Source: Lytechinus pictus (lineage: Eukaryota). Taken from it: 60,000 bases of DNA. The stretch lies in NCBI RefSeq assembly GCF_037042905.1, contig NC_087245.1, positions 41,418,001-41,478,000 of the forward strand. The letters run 5' to 3'. The translations under genes and the position numbers were made by a program. The stretch's first letter is position 1. Every line of letters starts with the position of its first letter. Under the pieces are notes generated by a model, which made no database searches, was not told the origin of the DNA, and saw only the letters and a program-made list of their open reading frames with translations. Positions 1 through 11,000 of the stretch are shown here, piece by piece.

Positions 1-347
1 GCCGATTTAAAAAATTCTCAAACCAAGATGTAACATGTGTACAAGTGCATGTATTAGAACTAATAAACCCTGAAAACAACCATTATTGAGAAAGAAAAGC
101 TAAAACTACAAGGCAAACCCCGATTTTGTAAATAGACGCCTAAATAGTACACATAAGTGTATGGGATGAAATTAAGATGGTGTTTTCGGTCACTTTATAT
201 TTCAATTTTTGAAGCACTAAATAATTATTTTCGAACGCAATTTTTTCTGGGCTTCATTTTTGTAACGTATCACAGACACAGGTGACAAATGTGACCTTCT
301 AGCTCAGATTTTTAAAAAGTCAAACCAATGTTAACCAATCACTTTAA
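1..347. mobile_element. TTAA-flanked non-autonomous DNA transposon (Kolobok-like), partial; second copy at 57290-57584
   Basis: Near-identical to 57315-57584; ends GTTAACCAATCACT-TTAA. Confidence 0.75.
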
Positions 348-941
348 GGGCAAGTCCACCACAGGAAAATGTTGATTTGAATAGAGAAAAATCAAACTAG
401 CATAACGCTGAAAATTTCATCAAAATCGGATGTAAAATAAGAAAGTTATGACATTTTAAAGTTTCGCTTATTTAAGAAAAAAAACAGTGATATGCACAAC
501 TCAGTGACATGCAAATTAGACAGTCGATGATGTCCCTCACTCACTATTTCTTTTGTTTTTTATTGTTTGAATTATACAATATTTCATTTTTTACAAATTT
601 GACAATATGGACCAACTTGACTGAACCATACAGTATTAACCTATGCTAATTCCATTTGTTCAGGGAGGAATAATTGTTTCACTTGACAATGAAGAGAAAA
701 TTAGAATATTTCATATAGTAAAATACAAAAGAAATAGTGAGTGGATGATGTCATCAGTCTCCTCATTTGCATACCGGCCAGGATGTGCATATAACTGTTT
801 TGTGAAATTAAGCGAAACTTAAAAATGTCATAACTTTCCTATTTTACATCCGATTTTGATGAAATTTTCAGTGTTTTATTTGTTGGATTTTTCTCTTTTT
901 ATTCAAATAAACTTTTTGTTGGGGTGGACTTGTCCTTTCAA
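344..941. mobile_element. Kolobok-like fold-back MITE, family A
   Basis: TTAA-(A)GGNCAAGTCCACC...GGTGGACTTGNCCT-TTAA termini and long inverted arms; 5 copies in the window. Confidence 0.85.
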
Positions 942-1793
942 TTAAATGGCCATTCCACTACACGGATCTTGCTACAATTTGGCAAACCTGCATATTGGGG
1001 GAAGATGAACCTTTTACCTGGATTCAGCGGAAAATACTTTACAGGAACAGAATTAAGCAGGGGTAATCAGATTACACGACTGCGCGTCATGCCATTTACA
1101 CGCTTCCCACGATTTAAAATGGGCGTTTTCTGATTGGGAGGATCAGGTCAATCTGAATGAATGGCTACTTTAACCCCATCTTTACAATGCTGTTGCTACG
1201 CTGCTCCCAATATCAACCGAGATCCTATCCCACCCTCCACCAATCTACTGATCTTGCTTTTAGATCGTGGCAGTGGAACGGCCCCTTAATCAAAGGCTAT
1301 GGTCTTGGAAGGCCTGTTAACTTGGCCTCAGTGCCTGCAACAGTTACTCAACATATGCAAATGAAGCAATTGCTCTTCTACTCCTTTCGCTGCATATATA
1401 AGGTGAGGGTTGGGGTTTTGATAGAGTTTGGGTTCAAAATGTGAAGATTGGGGTCAGGTTTGAAGCTTGGGATTGTATTTGGCTAGATGCGCATGTTTTT
1501 TGGTACAACCAAACTTTTTGCTTCCATTCAGCCATGTCCAGCTGGTCTTGAGCTCTGGAGGTGAATTGTTCGCCAAAGAGATCTCACACAAAGAAATACA
1601 TCTAACGTGCAAAACTTCTTACCCCAAAAATATATTTCCACATATAAATTAAGATATCATGGCTATTTTCTATGACTTCGAGAGCTCAAGATCAACTTTA
1701 AATCTATAAAAAGAGATTAATATAAATTTGAACAATGACCTCCAAAACAGAGTACAATGTGAAGACCATCATCCATTGCATGTGACAATGTAC

Positions 1794-1799
1794 TTTATT
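1794..1799 (-). terminator. RPL7 polyadenylation signal AATAAA
   Basis: tttatt on the plus strand about 45 nt past the stop codon; a short 3'UTR is typical of RP genes. Confidence 0.75.
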
Positions 1800-1841
1800 C
1801 ATAGTTCTTTTGTGTGTGTGTTTGTGGTGATGTATGGCATG

Positions 1842-2050
1842 TTAGTTCATCCTCCTGATGAAGTCATTGATGAACTTCTCACGGTTGCCATAGTCGCCGC
1901 CCTCGACCCAGTGATTGCCCTTCTTTCGGTAGCCGTTGCGGGGCGAGCTGAGTTTGAAGGGCCAGAGGAAGTTGGAGGCTTGCTTGAAGTTGGGGCCAGC
2001 GGTGAAGATCTCATGGATTAGATCCTCCACGCAGATGATACCAAATTTGC
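1842..2050 (-). CDS. RPL7: RPL7 exon 6 (terminal)
   Basis: ctgcag|[36 protein letters not shown]...IRRMN*. Confidence 0.97.
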
Positions 2051-5000
2051 CTGCAGATTAGAACAGATGAAAAGTCACTGGGTAACAATATATAAAAGAA
2101 ATGAATTGTTACAAGTCCATCCCATTGTATAACTCAGTCACATTTGCTCTACAGCAATTCAGTAAATACCCCCAAAATTGCCAAAGTTTGTTGACCCTAA
2201 ATGACCTTTGGTCTTGGTCTTGTGACCTGAAACTTGCACAAGATGCTCATTGATACTTGATTACTCTTTTATCCAAGTTTCATCAACTAGATCCATAAAC
2301 TTTCAGTTATGATGGCATTTCAACAATTTCCCCCAACATGGGCAAAGTTCATTGACCCTGGTCATAGGGCCTAAAAGCCGCACAGAATGTTCGGTGACAC
2401 TTACTTGCTCTTATGACCAGGTTTCATGAACTAGATCCATAAACTTTTAAAGTTATGATGGCAATTCAACAAATATCCATCATGGCCAAAGTTTGTTGAC
2501 CCCAAATGACCTTTGACCTTGGTCATGTGACTTGAAACTCAGGCATGATGTTCAGTTCAAGATTTTCTACACAACTTCCAAATACTTCAATAAAACAATA
2601 TTAAAGTGACATATCAATAAGCATACTGGTATTAAACTTGAATAGGTGGACCTTCCATAAGTCAAACATTCGTCCAAGAAGCATTTTTTAAGACCACTTG
2701 TCGAGGTGCCGTGGCGATATGGTCTAAGGCACCTGACTATACGTGGAAGGTCCAGGGTTCGATCCCCGACCGCTGCACCTATGTCTGTGAGCAAGGCATT
2801 TAATCGACAATGCTCTTTTATCCTGCATTCATTTAAATGGAAATGCTATATGCATTCTTGCTAGCACTAGGCAAGGCTCGACATTAGCGGTGGCCCGGTG
2901 GCCCGGGGCCACCAGAAATTCACCTCGGGCAACCATTATTGAAAAAATATTAAGTTTTGGTGGCCCGAATTGGGCAACCAATAATTCTCAGAATAGCGCA
3001 ATTTTTCTCCCCATTTTGCACGCATTTATCAACTTTCTACAGTTCAAATTGCAAGCCAGTTCGTCATGCGCCCTTTTTGTTGATCTACACACAAACACAC
3101 ACACAAAGTTGGCCTACCGCTATAGCATTAAGTAGCTTTTATCCAACCGGCCGCGCCGGCCGGCTGGCTTGAGCTTTGCATATGCTTGAAGCAGCTGTGC
3201 GCGCGTTAGCAGCCTATTCAGACTCAGGGAGCTGCAATACGAAATGTTGCTGCTAAGAAATCTTCCACAGAACTGTGAAAATCCAAGTCAAAGTCACATT
3301 TTACACCAATGAAATGCCCTTCTACAGACCTTTTTGCTAAAATCTGGTGTATCCTGATTATTTGCAAGCATTAAAAAGAGGAATCATGACCTCTCTTTTG
3401 ACTCAAAAAGACTGATTTCCAAATGAAAATAATACACATAAAAACACATAGGTGAGTACATCACAGTCCCACATGTGCATTTGTATGTATGTTGTTACTT
3501 GGTTTCTTTCGAAGCTGTGTCTTTTCCGGTCTTTTCTAGCCAAAAATAAACAGACAGTTACTTTCATTCTTTCTTGTTTATAAATGACTTCTTAAACAAC
3601 TCTTGAGAAAGTAAATACTTTGGGAAGGCATTTCATTAATATGAAATGTGAATTTTTCCAACATTTTGGCAAATTTAGGGAAGGAATTTTCTTACACTTT
3701 TTTTTGCCCTTTTATTATTTTCTTTCATTTTTTTTGACAGTGGTTAAACCATTTATACCCATTTATTCGTTTTTAATGTTTTTCTTTATATTTTTCGGGC
3801 CACCAAACTTTAATATCGGGCCACCAAAAAAAATTATTTGAAGGTTTTGGTGGCCCGAACGGGCCACCACCAAAAAAAGTTAATGTGGAGCCTTGCACTA
3901 GGTGTGCACTTGTTAAAATTTGAAGAAAAAAAATTAAGACCGAACTATGCAAAACGTGTCATACATCTCTTCTTCAAAGTTTGTTTCCCCAAATCGAACA
4001 GATTTCTCTGTTCCAAAAGAACTAGTCAATCACTGCAGTGAAGCAATTGTGCACATCAAAGTCCTCCCTCTTCTGGGATCAATGCTACAATATTCTAAAG
4101 TCCAAAAAATACTTACCAAGTGCACCCTCGATGATGGCGTTGTCAGTGATGGGGATGCGGCTACCGTTCTGAACCTTGGCAAATCCACGCTTGTAGATCA
4201 ACTCACGGACAGACTTCAGATTGGGGTACCTGCAAATTAAGCACCAAATATCAGCTTTCGTAAACAAGGTTGCAACAATTACAGCCCGTCGTTTATTTCA
4301 GGGATTATTCAATCCTGCTCATTATGCATTTCTGTGAGCAGTACCAAACAAAATACATGTAAATTCACTGAATGTATTGAGAATGTTTTGGGTACCTGGT
4401 AGCTTAAAATCAGAAATAATCTTTCTGCCAGAAATTCTGTTCTGTTACATCAAAATGTTCATCCCTTGACTGAACAACCTTTACCATGAGTCAGCTCTTG
4501 GTTTTTCATTGCGATGAAACTGGAATATATGTACAGGCGATTATTACTCAAGTTATTTACATGAATACACCCGTACCGTCCGGACAGACATTTAGTCAAG
4601 GTAAATGCAGAACTACATGTAGAACAGTAACAACAAAATTATATCAGCATTCCTTACAGTTTAATCTTCAACCCCATCTCCCACCCCAAACCAACTGAAT
4701 CCCCCCGCAAACAACCTGTATAATATTGCAACAGTTAAGACAGTTCCTTCCTCTTTGGTAACCATATGCTCACTGAAAAAAAGCCTTGCATTTTACAGAA
4801 ATTATACTAATTCTAATAGATTACTACAAAATTCTCATTCAAATTGATCAAAATTGGAATAAAAACTTTGAACAAGATTTTGCAAAAGATTTGGCCTTTT
4901 ACCACACCTACTACGGCAGAAATGTTGAAGAAAACACAAAATACATTCAAATTATTTGCACCATATTATAAAACAAATAGAAAATCCCATTATAGTCGGT

Positions 5001-8000
5001 AAGAAAGAATATGGCCGCACCCGAAAGTCGGTGCAAAATTTAACTCTATTTGGGTCGATTTGACCCCCCCCTTTCAGATCTTGGCTGCCAATCGCACAAT
5101 CACAGCAAAAAATTGCAAGCGCATGGGGCCAAATGTAAGGTACAAGACTGTGTAGCAGAATTTTCAAAACAAGTGGAACACCTCTGGCAGTCTTGCCTGC
5201 ATTTCGCGAATCAATAAAGCAGCAGCACTGACTTGGAAAACAAAACAAAGATGAAATTCTTATTCACAAGTGGAGCGCCTCTGGCAGTCTCACCTGCATT
5301 ACGGGATTCAATATAGCAGCAGTGCTGACTTTGAAAACTAAGTACTATAGAATAATCATTCACAAAAAACACCATTCATATAATGATACAATACTACGTT
5401 CATTGACCCTAAATGACATTTGACCTTGATCATGTGACCAAAGACTTGTCAGTGATACTTGATGGCCGTATCTCCACATTTCATTTACTATATCCATAAA
5501 CTTTGAAAGTTATGACAGCAATTTGATAATAACCTTCAACATGGCCAAAGTTCATTGACCTTAAATGACCTTTAACTATGGTCATGTGACCTGAAACTCG
5601 CACGAGATGTTCAGTAATACTTGATTACTCTTATGTCCAAATTTTATGAACTAGATCCATACACTTTCAGAGTTCTGATGGTTATTCATCAAATACCCCC
5701 ACATGGCCAAAGTTCATTGAGCTTAAATGACCTTTGACCTTGGTCATGTGACCTGAAACTCGCACAGGATATTCAGTGATACTTGATTACTCTTATGTCT
5801 AAGTATTATGAATCAGATCCATAAACTTTCGAATATTGATGGTGATTCAACAAATACCCCCAACTTGGTCAAAGTTCATTGACCCTAAATGACCTTTGAC
5901 ATTGGTCATATGACTTGAAACTCAGGCAGGACATTCAGTAATACTTGATTACCCTTATGACCAAGTTTCATAAACTAGGTCCATATATTTTCGACGTTGT
6001 GACAAAATTTCAAAAACTTATTCTAAGGTTAAGATTTTGATGTTGATTCCCCCAACATGGTCTAAGTTCATTGACCCTAACTGACCTTTGACCTCAGTCA
6101 TGTGACCTGAAACTCAGGAAGGATGTTCAGTAATACTTGATTAACCTTATGTACAAGTTTCATGAACTAGGTCCATATACTTTCTAAGTTATGCTGTCAT
6201 TTCAAAAACTTAACTGATTAAGATTTGGTGTTGACGCCACCGCCGCCGCCGTCGGAAAAGCAGCGCCTGTAGTCTCACTCTGCTATGCAGGTGAGACAAA
6301 AACTGGACAATTCAGCTAAAAACTTAACGGTTGGCAACACTGGGATCCTTTTGTGATCATATTGCATACGTAAATCCATTTAAACTACCAAAAGTAAAAA
6401 ATAATCATGATTTACTTTGAAAATACAATTTGAATTGATTTTGTATAAGAAATCATGTTTTGAGCAATTTTGGGGTTGACACATTTATCATGACAGTGTG
6501 TCTCATTTTCGCAGAAAAGTTAAATTCATTTACGGCGGGTGCAATTGACTCCCTCCCCCAGTTAACTACGGGTTGTATTTGATATCTCAGTTTTAGCATG
6601 CAATCAATATGGACAAGCAATCTTGGGGAGCATGACATTGACTTAACTGCATGTAGCCGAGAACTGATTAAGTGCTTCATAATCAAATCCTCAGCGCTGG
6701 CGACTAGGCCAGATCCCACTTGTCGATGACGGCACATACCCATGTTGGGACCTGCCGAGTTTCACAACAACCTATCCAGTATTTCTCCAGATTTCAAGTT
6801 TATGATGTATCTCTGGCATTTATGTGATCCAGAGACATAAAAATTGGAATCTTCATCTACAATGGGCCATCTTTTAATTCCTGCTTTTTCAGCAACTGAC
6901 TTACCCCCAGGCAATGTAGGGCTCCACCAACCTCAGCATCTGTAGAGTAGCCTTGTTGAGGCGGACAAAGACTCCATTGTGGATCTGTCGCAGGCGGAGC
7001 AGCTGGAGGACCTTGCGGACACGGGGGCTGACGCCATTGATACTTTAAAGAGAAACAATTAGTTATGTAAAGTTAGGATTCTACTAAGTTTTGACAACAT
7101 ACCAGGAATTGTGAGAAATATAATTCATCATATTATACTTTCAATGCATAGACCTAGTCCCAACTGCCCATATTTGAGGATGCAAGCTGCAAATTTCAGA
7201 ATATTTAAAGGAGAATTAAACCCTTGAAACCAGCTGAATCCATATCAAAGAGAAAAATCAAAGAAACATATTGTTGAAAGTTTGAGGAAGATTGAATGAA
7301 TAATAAGAAAGTTATGAGCATTTGAATATTGAGATCACTAATGCCATGTAGATCCTCCTATTGGCAATGCGACCAAGATCTGTGATGTCACACACGTACA
7401 ACTCCCTCATTGCTTTAGTACTTATTTCACTTATATTCTCACTTTTATAGAGTCTATCACAAGGTGAGGTGTTCTCTTTATGAGAAGACAAGTACAGAGG
7501 TTTCACAACATTATATCATTGATGAATCGTTTGTCATATGATTAGAATGAGCAAAAAGAGATGTTTTGGGGTATATTTTCAGTGTCCAAAAGGGGAGAGT
7601 TGTTCATCTGTGATATCATAGATCTTGGTTGCGTTGCCAATGGGAGGATCTCCATAGCATTAGTGATCTCGACATTCAAATGCTCATAACTCTTCTATTG
7701 CTAGTCCTATTTTACTCAAACTTTTGTTGATCTTATTCTTTGATTTTTCTGCTTTCACAAAAGCTAACTTGCTCCAAGAGTTTCATTCTCCTTTAAGGGT
7801 AAGGCAATTCTTGTCTAGGACACATTTCTAGCTCACTAAATTATCAAGGCTAAGTAAAGGGCCAAGCAGAGCAATCAATGGGGCATCTGAGTCAATAGCC
7901 TAGGCGCCACCAAGACATTTAACCCTTATTAAACGGGGGGGGGGGTCAATTTGACCCCCCTCAACAAATTTTGTCACTACGCTGTCGCACAAATTTTCTT

Positions 8001-11000
8001 GACTGCGCGGCTCACTGACTTTTTACTTTCAAGTCATGCGCATCTTTTGAGACCAAATTTGCGACGCCCGGGTACGCGGTTCCAAAATTACGCAATGTTT
8101 TGTAAGTGCATGTCAGACCAGAAATTGCTCAAAAACGTGATTCCGTGTAAAAAGTCAATGCAAATTGACATAAATATATAAGTATATATATATTAATAAA
8201 TACATAAGAATTAAAAAACAATAAAATACATGAGAAATTAATTATATTTTTGCTTTTTGTAGATATTTGTTAGAAATGTAATAATTGATACTCCCACCTA
8301 AAATAAGCATTTTACTAGCTCTATAAAATGAGTTAAAGGCAAATACATACACAAAAAACAAAATTTATGGCAAATTTCATATGCTTATTTGCATAATTAA
8401 TAAAAAATATTACAAATTTTTTTTTTGAAAATTTTACTATACACTCTTGTAGTTTAAATCCGGCTCTACGCGCTTGCAATTTTTTGCGGCAATTGCGCAA
8501 TCAGCGGTCGAGATCTATATACTGGTCCGAAATAGCCCAGTTATGATAGGGTTAAGACAAATAAAAATGAAATTCTTATGCACACAAATCCAATGGGAAT
8601 ATCAAAACTCTGTGATAAAGTAATCTAAACTGCACAGGAGCTAAATCCCCCAGTATACTGTAGCACATTTGTTGGGTCAGGTTAGTATTACTAACGTCCT
8701 ACCTTGCACATTTATATTACAAGTGTGAATGTGGCCTCGGATTAATCTAAGCCCTGAAATGACACTTCATATTCCAGCTTATTTGATAGTGTGGGGACAC
8801 TCACCCTCTGATCCTGACGACAAATGCTAGTCTGGGTTCATCTTCAACATAGAAGTTTCCATGCTTGCGAGCCTGGCGATGAAGACGTACAGCGTCACGC
8901 TCACGCTTCTTGTACTCCCTGATGTAGTCTTCTGCACGCTTGAAGATCACACGTCTCTTCTTGGCATTCTCCTGTAAGTTTAAGATTTTTTAATCCTTAG
9001 TTTAAAGCCTGTCTTGTGTTTCTTTAAATCCCATTCCACTATTCCAATTCATGACGAACATGGATGCCCTGAAAAAGTTGATGTGAAGGATAACACAAAG
9101 CTCAGCAATGATCGTAGAACATCTTTCTACGATTGATTCCATTCGCTACAATGTATAATCAACTGTAGAAATCAAGCGTACGATTAATCGCTAACCTTTG
9201 TGTTACGGGACTTTAAATTTTTACATCAAAATTCAATTTTGATCGGGTACCCAATCAAAATAAATATTACTTCTTTTTATAAAACCACTCGCTCCTAGAT
9301 ACATACAATGCAGCCCCCAAAATAGTGTTCTTGAGACTATGATGAAATTTTAGATTTGGCAAACCAAATTCATTATAAAGCCTAAAAATACAAAAAGTTA
9401 ATATTTCACCTTCTTGGCAAGGAGGCGAGCTTGTGCCCTCTTAGCCTTCTCAGTTTGTCGGTTCTTCCTCTTCTTCAGAAGGGATTCTGGTGCCGTTGGC
9501 AGCTTCTTTGGCGCACTATAAGAAATAAAAATGAATGACAAACAATTATATTTTAAAATCACAAATCAGATCATCCTGGGGTGACTTGCCATTTATGAAT
9601 CATGCAGGATTATCATAAAGGATCACTTGTCATGCAGAACTCAAGAACAAAAATACAATAGGCCAATCGACCTTAGGGAGATTCCAAGCAAAAGCGGACA
9701 TTTTCCCAAAATTTATGGAAGTTCATAAATACAAAGGGGCATCATAATAATAATTAGCCTAAATTTTCTTTTTACACATCTCCTAATAGGAGAATCAGAA
9801 CCATACAAAAAATGACATCGAAGAGACTACAGGATCTACACAGAAGAGGCGCACGCCGTACGGCCAATATCAGAGACTTTTCTAAAGAATTTGGGTATCC
9901 AATTTCATGGACAGTCTCCAGTTTGGGAGACCAATTTTCTTTGTTTACATATGCTGCAAAAGGATTACCTTGGCAGCAAATAAAAATGTGAAAAGCAGAT
10001 TCCTCATGAAAAATTACCCCTTTTCACCGTCTACTTTAAAAATTCATCGTCTAGACCTCTACTTTTGTTTTTATAAGGATTTTTGTTGTCATCCACACAC
10101 AAAATGGGCTTCTGACCTCAGTGGGACAAAATTTCAGATGGAAAAAAATCATACTTTTGTTGGTGTTGTTTCTTTTGTTCTTTTGCAAAGTCTCCAATAT
10201 GGGAGATCGTCTCCCTAATATTGGAGAGTCTCCATTATTGGCCGTGTGCCTCTACTGATCTACAGATACCAGTATTTCATTTTACTCAATTTCAATTGAA
10301 CAGAAAGCTATTGTTAGGGTGTCTGGAGAAAAAAGTTATTTTTCTTATTTCAAGAAAATATCACATTTTCTTTGTGAATTTTAATGGAAATAACCTTCAG
10401 ACTGACAGAAATGTAATTTTTTTTGTAGATCTAGGGGCCTAATGGTTGCAAAAAAGAATGAAATCAGGTAAATTTTCAGCATTTTCCTGCCATAGACTGT
10501 GTAGTTAAGAAATGGACACACACAAATCCAAATTTTTTTATTCTGAGAGCTGCTATAAATAAATGTATTCTTGATGCCAAAAACTTGCCCAAAGTGCCTA
10601 CTAGGAATTTTGATGCTCTTTCTGATGGTATGATTTTTTAAATGATTTGGAAATCAGATCACAATGAAAATTGCGGCAAAGTGAATAAAATTGTGCCAAA
10701 CAGAAATTCATTTTCCCATAGTTAACGCATGAGGTCATTCCATCTGGATTCACCCAGTGGTTGCACCCAACCCTCTCAAGTTTTTATTGTAAATTGGTAC
10801 ACATAAAATTCCCCATGGCCCAAGCACAAAACAAAAAATTAGTCCAATCGGTCCGTCGGTTCTCGCGCTACGGCCCGCCCTTTTCTCCTTGTTTTGACAA
10901 AAATGGGCGTGACCTTCAACTTTCAATGGCCATTGCATCGTAACGTATTGACAAATTTTCACGAAGCTGGTACCATTCAAAAGGAAATTAAGAGGAATCC

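Noticed and set aside
3975..4095. Possible H/ACA RNA in RPL7 intron 5 (GAACAGA-GAAA-TCTGTTC hairpin followed by ACA)
   Set aside because: No ANANNA H box between the two candidate hairpins, and the 5' hairpin is weak
4250..4275. Possible C/D snoRNA guide resembling the 18S 3' end (TCGTAAACAAGGTT next to a CTGA D box)
   Set aside because: The match needs a bulge, and no RTGATGA C box or terminal stem was found
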